Of a stretch of DNA of 43,808 bases, positions 1 through 7,887 are shown in pieces (positions within the stretch are counted from its first letter, which is position 1; each line of letters begins with the position of its first letter). Location of the stretch: positions 1-43,808 of IMG/VR virus record IMGVR_UViG_3300028843_000092; one strand, written 5' to 3'. Under the pieces are notes generated by a model. It was given only the letters and a program-made list of their open reading frames with translations, searched no databases and had not been told where the DNA came from. Origin of the DNA: a virus (Duplodnaviria > Caudoviricetes). Both the position numbers and the translations under genes were made by a program.

Positions 1-65
1 GTCTTTCTGCTTGTCTTTCTGCTTGTCTTTCTGCTTGTCTTTCTGCTTGTCTTTCTGCTTGTCTT
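1..65. repeat. Tandem repeat (GTCTTTCTGCTT)x5 plus a partial copy; encodes (KQKD)x5 on the minus strand
   Basis: Read directly at 1-60, and again at 43710-43769. Confidence 0.97.
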
Positions 66-99
66 CGAGTAGCCAGGCAGGTTGAGAGGCAGGAAAAGG
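1..99. repeat. Terminal direct repeat, identical to 43710-43808 (circular assembly overlap)
   Basis: Exact 99-bp match. The primase reading frame continues through it, which favours a k-mer overlap over a physical terminal repeat. Confidence 0.93.
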
Positions 100-153
100 T
101 GAGTCAGGCGGTTGAGAAGTCTGGTTGATAGGTTCAAAGGTTAGTTTAGGCAT
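1..153 (-). CDS. N-terminal segment of the primase, joined across the junction to 41226-43709
   Basis: Manual translation from ATG at 153 gives MPKLTFEPINQ...WLLED(KQKD)5RDIAFLYSFQGRHLFV...IVLTNAENG with no stop, in frame with ORF 41226..43571. Confidence 0.8.
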   Translation of the reverse strand, partial: MPKLTFEPINQTSQPPDSPFPASQPAWLLEDKQKDKQKDKQKDKQKDKQKD

Positions 154-210
154 ACAGTGGTACTCTTGGAACAGAGAAACCACCGAGGCACCCCCTAGTA
201 GAATCTCTCA

Positions 211-264
211 GTGGTTGTTGTGAGTGGTTGGGAGGGGTTGTTGTGAGTGGTTGTTGTGAGTGGT
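211..264. repeat. 13-bp iteron-like repeats GTGGTTGTTGTGA (about 3 plus partials) beside an AT-rich tract; candidate replication origin
   Basis: Copies at 211-223, 234-246 (one mismatch) and 247-259; AT-rich 271-420; directly upstream of the primase. Confidence 0.55.
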
Positions 265-293
265 ATCTCAGAAAAAAAAAATTTCCACCTCTC

Positions 294-302
294 ATTATAT
301 CA
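294..302 (-). promoter_or_regulatory. Extended -10 promoter (TGATATAAT) for the primase operon
   Basis: TGnTATAAT on the minus strand about 140 nt upstream of ATG 153; no clear -35. Confidence 0.55.
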
Positions 303-499
303 GATAAATTGATAGAATGATATAGATAGAGAGATATATTAGAGATAAAAGATTTTATAGGCATATAAGTTTTATTTATATTAGAATAGTAGAATATTAG
401 AATAGAAGAATGTGAGAGATGCTACCAGAGTTGAGGTGGTTATTGAAGTCGAGTGAGTGCTCCTGAGTGCAGAAGCGAGTTGGTTAGTGGAGGCCCGAT

Positions 500-605
500 A
501 TCATTTGGTCATTCAGGTCATTATGCTCACTATAGGCGAGATCATTCTATCATTCATGTCAGTAGGCCATTAGTAGGCGAGATCATTCGGTCATTCGGTC
601 ATTCG
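500..605. repeat. Cluster of short TCATTC/GGTCATTC repeats with TAGGCGAGATCATTC x2
   Basis: 15-mer at 533-547 and 574-588, plus several TCATT(C) units. Confidence 0.7.
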
Positions 606-875
606 CGCTACATCGCTCTCTTGGCAAGGTATACCACCTAAGAATGAAAAATCGAAAAGACGAAATGATGGCCTCTATATATATATATTGATATAAAGAG
701 ATGATAGCCCTTATATATTATCTAAGACATTATGTCATCATCGATATTCATTCTTCGAAGGTATAACCGGCACATTAGAGATTTTCTCTCTCAGTGTAGG
801 TGGAATAGCGATAGGCAGGTAGTATGAGCGGCGCCCAACTTTTTGTCGCAACCAATAGTAGCGACTAATAGAGGC

Positions 876-907
876 AAAAAAAAACGAGAGACCTTTTCAG
901 GTCTCTC
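876..907 (-). terminator. Rho-independent terminator for the small leftward genes
   Basis: 9-bp stem GAGAGACCT/AGGTCTCTC, GAAA loop on the minus strand, followed by a U9 tract; lies just after the stop at 913. Confidence 0.88.
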
Positions 908-912
908 ATCTT

Positions 913-1005
913 CTAGCAGAATAGTGAGTGAAGTAAGGCATCGACCCATAGGTAGCTCGAAGTGAGGCCGAAGGCGGCAATTGCCAGCCAGGCTAGCCTA
1001 GTCAT
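913..1005 (-). CDS. 30-aa hydrophobic peptide MTRLAWLAIAAFGLTSSYLWVDALLHSLFC
   Basis: Manual translation; GGAGG RBS; overlaps the upstream gene; ends at the terminator. Confidence 0.6.
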   Translation of the reverse strand: MTRLAWLAIAAFGLTSSYLWVDALLHSLFC

Positions 1006-1153
1006 TTTTCCATGCCTCCCGAGCCTTTCGCTCAGCTAGTTTTAGTCGAGCTTCTCTGGTCGAATCTTCTAGCTTCTCCTTTCTGGTCTTGACATCACAG
1101 GCCGGCCTATTCTTAGTCGGGGCCAGTCTGTGGAGCAACTCTTTGAATTTCAT
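998..1153 (-). CDS. 51-aa basic hypothetical protein
   Basis: Manual translation MKFKELLHRL...AERKAREAWKND; GAGG RBS. Confidence 0.65.
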   Translation of the reverse strand: MKFKELLHRLAPTKNRPACDVKTRKEKLEDSTREARLKLAERKAREAWKND

Positions 1154-1327
1154 CAGCGGTACCTCAGGTGGTGATTCTCGGTCAGAAGGGCCTCTATATG
1201 GCCCTCTGACATAGGTAGACGGGTTTTAAATCTCCGATTGATATCATCATATCGATTCTATCGAAGTCCCGTCAGGGGGCCTCTCAGGAGCATATAGGTT
1301 TTCACTAATATACTCCTGGAGAATAAG

Positions 1328-1462
1328 CTATCTGCTGGGCCGGGCCTTATACCGGCCCTCATCGACAGGCTGGCCGAAGTGGCGCCAGAGGTCGACATCG
1401 ATATCCACGAATGGGGTAGTCTCGGTTTCACCTTTCTTGGTCAGTTGAAAATATTGGGCCAT
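1328..1462 (-). CDS. 44-aa hypothetical protein
   Basis: Manual translation MAQYFQLTKKGETETTPFVDIDVDLWRHFG...; AGGAG RBS. Confidence 0.55.
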   Translation of the reverse strand: MAQYFQLTKKGETETTPFVDIDVDLWRHFGQPVDEGRYKARPSR

Positions 1463-1465
1463 TAT

Positions 1466-1633
1466 TCATTCTCCTAATTGGGGTTTAGAGAGGATGCAAT
1501 CCTCAATCATGACAATCAGACCATCATGGTCTTCCTCTTCTCCGAGTAGGTGGGCGACAACGATGATGTCTCTGAGTTCAAGGCCATAGCGCTCGGCCAA
1601 CTCGGTCAGATATTCTTTTCTTTCGGTATTCAT
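1466..1633 (-). CDS. 55-aa acidic hypothetical phage protein
   Basis: Manual translation MNTERKEYLTELAERYG...LLGEEEDHDGL; GGAG RBS. Confidence 0.7.
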   Translation of the reverse strand: MNTERKEYLTELAERYGLELRDIIVVAHLLGEEEDHDGLIVMIEDCILSKPQLGE

Positions 1634-1721
1634 TTCATTCTCCGGTTTCGGTCATTCTAGACCATCGTCAGTGAGACTCGAATTAGCCTCAGACCGGGTG
1701 GCCATCCCTGGCCGATGGTGA

Positions 1722-2045
1722 TTAGTCGAGTTCTTCGCCTCGGGCATACGCGATAATCGGACCGTAGTGGTTGACGATATACTTCGGGTTCGAGGTTAAG
1801 TCTCTCATCCTGTCAATCAGGTCGGCCCTGGTGAGGCTATCCTCTGTTCCCATCAAGTCAGCGAGGAGGATGGGCAGAGGCTTGGCATTTTTCGACCGAC
1901 CGAAAGAGATACCAAACTCTTTCAAGGTCTGTGGGATTTTAGAGAAGGTCACCCCATTGGTCAGCAGAATGACCGAGATCTCGTCTTTTGATTGGCCGTC
2001 CGCTTGGGCGGATAGGCAAAGGTCGCGCAATTCAGAATGATTCAT
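1722..2045 (-). CDS. 107-aa hypothetical protein, probable paralog of 39594-40250
   Basis: Start moved to ATG 2045, which has a GGAG RBS and lies downstream of a promoter. Confidence 0.75.
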   Translation of the reverse strand: MNHSELRDLCLSAQADGQSKDEISVILLTNGVTFSKIPQTLKEFGISFGRSKNAKPLPILLADLMGTEDSLTRADLIDRMRDLTSNPKYIVNHYGPIIAYARGEELD

Positions 2046-2080
2046 GGTATAACTCCAGGGCAAGATGGCCCATCTGGTCC

Positions 2081-2104
2081 GGATTAGAGAAGATTCTCTA
2101 ATCC
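2081..2104. promoter_or_regulatory. Perfect inverted repeat GGATTAGAGA-AGAT-TCTCTAATCC near the transcription start (operator or leader hairpin)
   Basis: 10-bp arms read directly. Confidence 0.6.
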
Positions 2105-2112
2105 ATAGTGCG

Positions 2113-2141
2113 ATTATATCGTATCTGAGATTAAAAATCAA
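2113..2141 (-). promoter_or_regulatory. sigma70 promoter TTGATT-N17-TATAAT (leftward small genes)
   Basis: -35 at 2141-2136, -10 at 2118-2113, 17-nt spacer counted. Confidence 0.8.
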
Positions 2142-2441
2142 AGTTATTTTCTGATTTTTGAAGATATTTTTCGGCCGTATTCGAGAGCCGAGCCGAGACA
2201 TCGAACCACGGGGCCGCCAGGGGGGCCAGGGCCGTTAAAAATATTTTTGATAGCAGACCGAGATAAAAAAAAATAACTCCACCAGGGTGGTCTCAGGAGC
2301 TCGTGGGAAAAAATCGTCGGGCTCGATTATACTTATAGACCAAATCTCCATTACAGTGATTTTTCTACATTGCAAGGTATAACCGCTAGATATAGTAGCA
2401 CCCGCTAATACACGGATACTCGCTTTTTATCGCCTTATCTC

Positions 2442-2470
2442 TTGACATCGCTCTTCGACTGTGGTATCAT
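2442..2470 (+). promoter_or_regulatory. sigma70 promoter TTGACA-N17-TATCAT for the morphogenesis arm
   Basis: Consensus -35, 17-nt spacer, TGn-extended -10. Confidence 0.82.
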
Positions 2471-2517
2471 TCATAGAGGGTGTCAGAAGGGGCCTCTCAT
2501 TCTCTGAAGGTATAGCT

Positions 2518-3960
2518 TTGCAACCTCAGGCCAGTCTACCGCTACCGCATGATTTAACCTTTCGGGACTATCAATGTCCCGTGTGGGATTACTTTACGCA
2601 GGATAAGCCGGGCTTGCGTGGCATGACCGTTTGGCCGCGTCGAAATGGCAAAGACCTAGTCGCACTGAACATACTCGTAGCCAAGGCGATGCAACGAGTA
2701 GGTTTATATCTGTATCTTGGCCCTCTGCAAACGCAGGTCAGGCAGATTGTGTGGATGGGCGGCACAAACGAAGGTAGGAAGTTCCTTTCCTACATTCCGC
2801 AACAGCTTATCAAGGCTAAGCGGAATAGCCAGATGGAGATTGACCTTGTCAATGGTTCCATGATTAAGCTGGTCGGTAGTGACCAATACGACAGTCTCAT
2901 GGGGCTGAACGCTATTGGCGCTGTATTTACTGAGTTCTCGCTTCAACGGCCTGAAGCTTGGGAGTATATTCGACCTATGATGGCTGGCAACGGTGGTTGG
3001 GCTCTGTTTAACGGTACCCCCAGGGCCTTGAACCATATGCATGCCATGGCAATGATGGCTGAGAGGAACCCTAAGTGGTTCTACCAGTACCTTACTAGGG
3101 ATGATACTGGCTACCCTGACTTGCAGACCGTTAAGGAAGAGCGAGAAGCAGGGATGAAAGAATCCCTGATAGAGCAGGAGTACTATTGCTCTTGGACTAG
3201 CTCCAGTGAGTCCACCTTTATCCCTCTCGACTACGTGGCTAAGGCCCTTGAGAATCCACTAGAAGTTGAAGATTACAACTTCGAGCCGAATATTCTCGGT
3301 TGTGATGTAGCCTATTCGGCTAAAGGTGATAAGGCTTCGATAGCTCACCGACAAGGGAGAAAGTTACACTTTGTCAGGTGGTATAGGGGCATGGATAACA
3401 TGGCCTTTGCCAGTGAGATTGCTAGGTACATTGACTTATTGAAGCCTGAGGCTGTTTGTATTGATGCTGGTCGTGGTGAAGGTGTAATCTCTAGGCTGGA
3501 ACAGCTAGGGTATGCGTCTGTTATCTATCCTGTTCACTTTGGCGGTAAGGTTTATCAGGAAGGTATTGCTGATAAGAAGGCTTTGATGTGGAGTAGGATG
3601 CTCGAGTGGTACATGGCTGCCAATGGGCCTGATATTGCTGGCCTTGATGACCACCCTCATGCTAATGAATTGGTCGAAGAAGAGCTTATTAAGGAGACTA
3701 CCACTCCTAATATGATACTGGATGAGAAGAACAGGGTTAAAGTAGAGCCGAAGACCTCTTTGAAGTCGAGGGGGGTCAACTCGCCTGATCTGGCCGAAGC
3801 AGTTGGTTTGACTTTTGCTGAGGACGTGGCTACTGGGGTTGAGGTTCCGGCTTCGTTGGCTCAGTATGGGGTTACTGCTGAGATTCTTGCTCAGATGATC
3901 ACATATCAACAGCCTTACGACCCTTTGAACTATATGGACAGGCTGACGGCTCGTGTATAA
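2518..3960 (+). CDS. terL: Terminase large subunit
   Basis: Walker A WPRRNGKD, Walker B-like AVFTEF, FNGTPR, nuclease GCDVA/IDAGRG and SPDLAEA. Start placed at TTG 2518 (GAAGG RBS) because GTG 2461 lies inside the promoter. Confidence 0.93.
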   Translation: MQPQASLPLPHDLTFRDYQCPVWDYFTQDKPGLRGMTVWPRRNGKDLVALNILVAKAMQRVGLYLYLGPLQTQVRQIVWMGGTNEGRKFLSYIPQQLIKAKRNSQMEIDLVNGSMIKLVGSDQYDSLMGLNAIGAVFTEFSLQRPEAWEYIRPMMAGNGGWALFNGTPRALNHMHAMAMMAERNPKWFYQYLTRDDTGYPDLQTVKEEREAGMKESLIEQEYYCSWTSSSESTFIPLDYVAKALENPLEVEDYNFEPNILGCDVAYSAKGDKASIAHRQGRKLHFVRWYRGMDNMAFASEIARYIDLLKPEAVCIDAGRGEGVISRLEQLGYASVIYPVHFGGKVYQEGIADKKALMWSRMLEWYMAANGPDIAGLDDHPHANELVEEELIKETTTPNMILDEKNRVKVEPKTSLKSRGVNSPDLAEAVGLTFAEDVATGVEVPASLAQYGVTAEILAQMITYQQPYDPLNYMDRLTARV

Positions 3961-4465
3961 GGCTACTCTGGCCAAAGATCTCGATAGCACTCTGGTAGTG
4001 GCCTATTGGAGTGAATTATACCATGCGGACACTCTTAAGTATCGATTCCCTGAGGGGGCCAGTCCTGGTATTGAGATTCCACTTAGTAAGTTAGAAGACA
4101 CTACTTGTCTTACTTACCTGGTGCAGGGTGCCGGTGGCTCGGTTATCGCTGAGTTCACATTGGAGAACTTCACCGGTAAGTCTGCTATGATTCACTTTAG
4201 CACCAGCCCTACACTGTCGCCGAAGGTGAGGCTTTATCTGGCCTCGATGTTAGCGCATGAGATAGTAAATACTTGGAGGCAACCGAACGGGGAGCCCTAT
4301 CTGGATTCCTTGTACGGTATGACTCCGTCAGACAACCGAGTGGCTTGTATCTTCGTTCAGAAAGCTGGCTTTAAGAAACTTGGGGTTCTCCCCAGCGGTT
4401 CGAAATATTTAGGTGGTGTATGCGACGCCATGATTACTGTGAAAACTTCTGAGAGACTTCAATAA
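3953..4465 (+). CDS. GNAT-fold acetyltransferase-like protein
   Basis: C-terminal GMTPSDNRVACIFVQKAGFKKLG fits the GNAT N-x-x-A...GF motif. Confidence 0.6.
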   Translation: MYKATLAKDLDSTLVVAYWSELYHADTLKYRFPEGASPGIEIPLSKLEDTTCLTYLVQGAGGSVIAEFTLENFTGKSAMIHFSTSPTLSPKVRLYLASMLAHEIVNTWRQPNGEPYLDSLYGMTPSDNRVACIFVQKAGFKKLGVLPSGSKYLGGVCDAMITVKTSERLQ

Positions 4466-5022
4466 TGGGCGGTAAGAGCAATTCGACAGAGCCGGTTCAA
4501 GCTCCGGCAGCAGTGCCCTTAGTGGCAAAGCCGCCAGCCGCTCCTCCTCCTCCGCCTGTCTTGACGGGACCGACTTACGAAGAGCAAGTCGCTAAACAAG
4601 AAGCCCTGACTGAGCAGAATCGAATTAATACTGGGCTAAATGCTCGGGATAAGCTCTACTCTACTTATCTAGATGCTTCTGACAGTTCGATTGACTTTGT
4701 CAATACGTCAGTGGACCAAGAAAGAGCCAATGCGGCTCTTACCGGGGTGGCATACGAGCTATCAGATAAACAGAAGGCTGAGAGAATTAATAATCACTTT
4801 GCCACTGTGTTTGATGCTGGTTCGCAAACTCGATTGGAGGCTCTGTTCGCAGATTTTGGGGAACCCACTGGGTTTGAGGGGTTCCAGGTCACTCGCGGTG
4901 TTGAGCCGGCATCGACTAAGGCAAAGAGCGGTACTACTACTGAGACTACGACTCGGGGTAGGCCATCTGGAACGATTATCGCCGAAGAAACTCTCGGCAA
5001 TGCCACACTGTTGGGAGGCTGA
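4465..5022 (+). CDS. Virion/assembly protein, MGGK-start, Pro-rich
   Basis: Pre-portal position; ends GR.SGT...TLLGG as in small podovirus pre-portal proteins. Confidence 0.55.
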   Translation: MGGKSNSTEPVQAPAAVPLVAKPPAAPPPPPVLTGPTYEEQVAKQEALTEQNRINTGLNARDKLYSTYLDASDSSIDFVNTSVDQERANAALTGVAYELSDKQKAERINNHFATVFDAGSQTRLEALFADFGEPTGFEGFQVTRGVEPASTKAKSGTTTETTTRGRPSGTIIAEETLGNATLLGG

Positions 5023-5024
5023 AC

Positions 5025-5336
5025 ATGGGCGGTAAAACATCCAGTACTCAACCTCCGGCTATTGCCCCTGTTACTCCTACTGAGTATCCGGGACCTAGCT
5101 TGATTGCCCCTGCCGCTCCAGAGGCTATCGCTCCCCCGCCTCTCCAGCCCCTCCCTGAGGTTGCGAGAACTCCTGAAGTCGACTGGTCAGCTCGGCAGTC
5201 TGAGATTCTGGCGAAGGCTAGGGCAGACTATAGGACTGAAGTAGCAAGTCAGAAAGGTCGAAGGAGTACTGTGCGGACTGGCTCTGCCCTTGACGATAAA
5301 GACCCTGAAACTACCACCTCGCTGTTGGTTGGCTGA
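5025..5336 (+). CDS. Small virion protein (T7 gp7.3-like position), MGGK-start
   Basis: GRRSTVRTG...SLLVG C-terminus; immediately before the portal. Confidence 0.6.
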   Translation: MGGKTSSTQPPAIAPVTPTEYPGPSLIAPAAPEAIAPPPLQPLPEVARTPEVDWSARQSEILAKARADYRTEVASQKGRRSTVRTGSALDDKDPETTTSLLVG

Positions 5337-5338
5337 CT

Positions 5339-7054
5339 GTGGATCGCCTCAAGAAAAAGTTCAGCTACGAGAAAGTTCAGCAAATTCAGGCTGAGCTTCT
5401 CCAAGAGCGCTACGACTGGGAACAAGAGTGGGTCGACATCAGCAACTATCTCTTGCCTGGCCGTGGGATCTACAATGCTTACACGAAACCGAAGAAACGT
5501 AAGCTGACCAATGAGAAAATAATTAATACTGTAGGTGAGGATTCCCTATATGTGTTGACTAGCGGTATCCACGGTCGCTTGACCTCTCCTGCCCTCCCGT
5601 GGTTCGAGCTGGCTTGGGCCGAAGAAGCCATCAACAAGATTGAAGAGTTGAAGGCGTGGTTGCAGCAAGCTGATGTGATTCTGAAAGACGAATTGCAGAA
5701 GAGTAATTTCTACCGTATCATTAACGGCTTCTATGTCGAATACACTGGTTTCGGTACTGGTTCCATCTTTGTTGGGACAGCCCCTAAGGGTAACCGATCT
5801 AGACTCAGTTATGAGCTCCTGACTGCTGGCGAGTACTCTTTCGCTTACGGTACTGACAACGAGCCTACTGTCTACACTCGTATCATCTACATGTCACTTA
5901 GGCAGATGGTCCAGAAGTTCCCTGACGGTGTTTCTTCGGATGCGAAGGATAAGGTAGAGCGTAATGCGTCTGGCATCGACAAGGTCGAAGGTCTGGTGCT
6001 TGAGATTGTACAGAAAGAGAAGTATCAGGACAAAGACTATGTCCAAGTTTACTATGAGGTCACTGGCCTAGCCGCACAGAAACCTAGGCTTCATAAGACT
6101 CCTCTGAAGGTTAAAGGGTTCTATGAGTGGCCCTATCCCACTGCTAGGTGGTCTGTCATTGGCTCAGATACCTATGGTATCGGGCCCGGTTCCCGTGCAT
6201 TGCCACAGATTAAGCGGTTGCAGGAGATGGAGAAGGCATTTTTGATGGCGACACATAAGTCCATTGATCCGCCTTTGAATGCTCCTGGGAGAATGCGGGG
6301 TAACTTGAATACGCTCCCAGGTGGTCAAAACTATTACAGTAACCCAGCAGAGCAGGTCACAGAGCTCTATCGGGTGAACTTTGACTATGCTGGTGTGAGC
6401 AACGCTATCGAGAGAGTGGAAGAACGCATTCAGCGAAACTTCTATAATGATGTGTTTCTTACATCTTCCAGAGATCCTAATGCCTCTCCTTTGAGGACGG
6501 GGCAGGTGAATGTCCAGGAACAAGAAAAGCTGCTCAGGCTGGGGCCGGTCGTCGAGGGTCTGCAATCAGAGTTCTTTACACCGGCCATTGGTCGCAGCTT
6601 CAATTTGTTGCTTCGAGCTGGAGCATTTCCACCTCTCGACCCACAATATGCCGAGCTGGTAGCTCAGGTCGGTATCACTCTGACAAGCCCCATGGCGAAA
6701 GCCCAGAAGAGTGCTCAGATTCAAGGTACTGATTCGTTCATGGCATTCCTAGGGCAGGCCGCTCAGTTCGACCCGACCATTCTGGATAATGTTAACTCAG
6801 ACGCAGCAGCAAGGCAACGTGCTGACATCGAAGGTGTCTCCATCGGCGTTCTACGCCCTGAGTCTGAAGTAAAAGCGATGCGTGCAGCAAGAGTCGAACA
6901 GAGGGCCGCTCAGCAGAAGGCTGAACAAGACGCTCAGCAGGCTCAGCTGGTTGCACAGGGTGGTCAGATAGGCGCCGATACGGCGAAGACCCAAGCAGAG
7001 GCCGGTCAGATTCTGGCTGAGACTCAGCAGACTACTCAGGAGACTGGGCTGTGA
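5339..7054 (+). CDS. Portal (head-tail connector)
   Basis: 571 aa; LTSPALPWF, GFGTG, RW....DTYG.GP, EKL..LGPV motifs of BPP-1/T7-type connectors. Confidence 0.93.
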   Translation: MDRLKKKFSYEKVQQIQAELLQERYDWEQEWVDISNYLLPGRGIYNAYTKPKKRKLTNEKIINTVGEDSLYVLTSGIHGRLTSPALPWFELAWAEEAINKIEELKAWLQQADVILKDELQKSNFYRIINGFYVEYTGFGTGSIFVGTAPKGNRSRLSYELLTAGEYSFAYGTDNEPTVYTRIIYMSLRQMVQKFPDGVSSDAKDKVERNASGIDKVEGLVLEIVQKEKYQDKDYVQVYYEVTGLAAQKPRLHKTPLKVKGFYEWPYPTARWSVIGSDTYGIGPGSRALPQIKRLQEMEKAFLMATHKSIDPPLNAPGRMRGNLNTLPGGQNYYSNPAEQVTELYRVNFDYAGVSNAIERVEERIQRNFYNDVFLTSSRDPNASPLRTGQVNVQEQEKLLRLGPVVEGLQSEFFTPAIGRSFNLLLRAGAFPPLDPQYAELVAQVGITLTSPMAKAQKSAQIQGTDSFMAFLGQAAQFDPTILDNVNSDAAARQRADIEGVSIGVLRPESEVKAMRAARVEQRAAQQKAEQDAQQAQLVAQGGQIGADTAKTQAEAGQILAETQQTTQETGL

Positions 7055-7302
7055 TTGATGAGGAATACGACAAGATTGTCGAGGCCGTTGCTAAGGCTCT
7101 TCAAAACGAGTCTTGCCGAACTGTCCTCTGGGAAGTTCTCGGTATGACTGGTTTATATACTGTCAATTACGACCCTAACCTTCGCGGTCATTATGAGGGC
7201 CGTCGTTCTGTTGGCCTCGAGATTCTGCAATTGCTCGAAAGAGCCGACAAGAAAGCTTACATTAACTTACAACTCGAACATTTAGGTGAAAACGATGACT
7301 GA
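7051..7302 (+). CDS. Bbp19-like small protein
   Basis: EGRRSVGLEI motif; lies between portal and scaffold. Confidence 0.7.
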   Translation: MIDEEYDKIVEAVAKALQNESCRTVLWEVLGMTGLYTVNYDPNLRGHYEGRRSVGLEILQLLERADKKAYINLQLEHLGENDD

Positions 7303-7876
7303 AGAAGCCGTTACGGCCCCTATTGGCGAAGGGATGGTAGGTGAGACTGCACCGCCAGCCGAGGCTCCCGCCCCAGTTGAGACTCCGGTAGAAGCTCCTA
7401 CTGTAGAAGCTGCTCCGGTACCCGTTCCCGAACCTGCGGAGGTGGATGTCTCCGCCTTCAAGTTTCCCGAGAAGTTTGCTGGACAACTTCAAGCATTTGC
7501 AAAGAACTCTGGCGTTACGCAGGAGGCGTTGACTCAACTCTTTGAAGGCTACACCACTGCCGATACTGAAGTCAAAGCAGCGGCTTGGGCTGAGATGGCG
7601 AGTAAGGGGCAAGAGTATGTCGCAAGTTGGGGTGAGCAGAAGGACGCCAACCTTGAAGTGGTCCGACAGACTCTGAAGCGTGTTGACACTGATGGCACTG
7701 TGTCGAAAATGCTGAACGAAACCGGGTACGGCAATCATCCAGCAATCCTCAAGATGTTTTTGGAGATTGGCGATACTTTCAAAGAAGGCGGGTTCTTGGA
7801 ATCTGCTGGTAACCCCTCGGCTGCCCCTCAAACGGCAGCCCAACGTATGTTCGGCTCTTCGCATCCGACTGATTAA
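7295..7876 (+). CDS. Capsid scaffolding protein
   Basis: Acidic Pro/Glu-rich N-terminus, WG, L..TG.GNHP...IG motif; precedes the capsid gene. Confidence 0.8.
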   Translation: MTEEAVTAPIGEGMVGETAPPAEAPAPVETPVEAPTVEAAPVPVPEPAEVDVSAFKFPEKFAGQLQAFAKNSGVTQEALTQLFEGYTTADTEVKAAAWAEMASKGQEYVASWGEQKDANLEVVRQTLKRVDTDGTVSKMLNETGYGNHPAILKMFLEIGDTFKEGGFLESAGNPSAAPQTAAQRMFGSSHPTD

Positions 7877-7887
7877 AGGAAAAAACC

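Noticed and set aside
1-65. CRISPR array or telomere-like repeat
   Set aside because: No spacers; head-to-tail 12-mers in frame within the primase gene.
146-641. ORFs 146-364 and 453-641
   Set aside because: They run through repeats and promoter DNA, lack a good RBS and have low-complexity translations.
876-2460. Lysogeny switch (divergent repressor/cro, integrase)
   Set aside because: Divergent promoters exist, but no integrase or recognisable CI-type repressor was found anywhere in the genome.
2461-2517. GTG 2461 as the terL start
   Set aside because: It lies within the promoter spacer and -10 region; TTG 2518 has an RBS.
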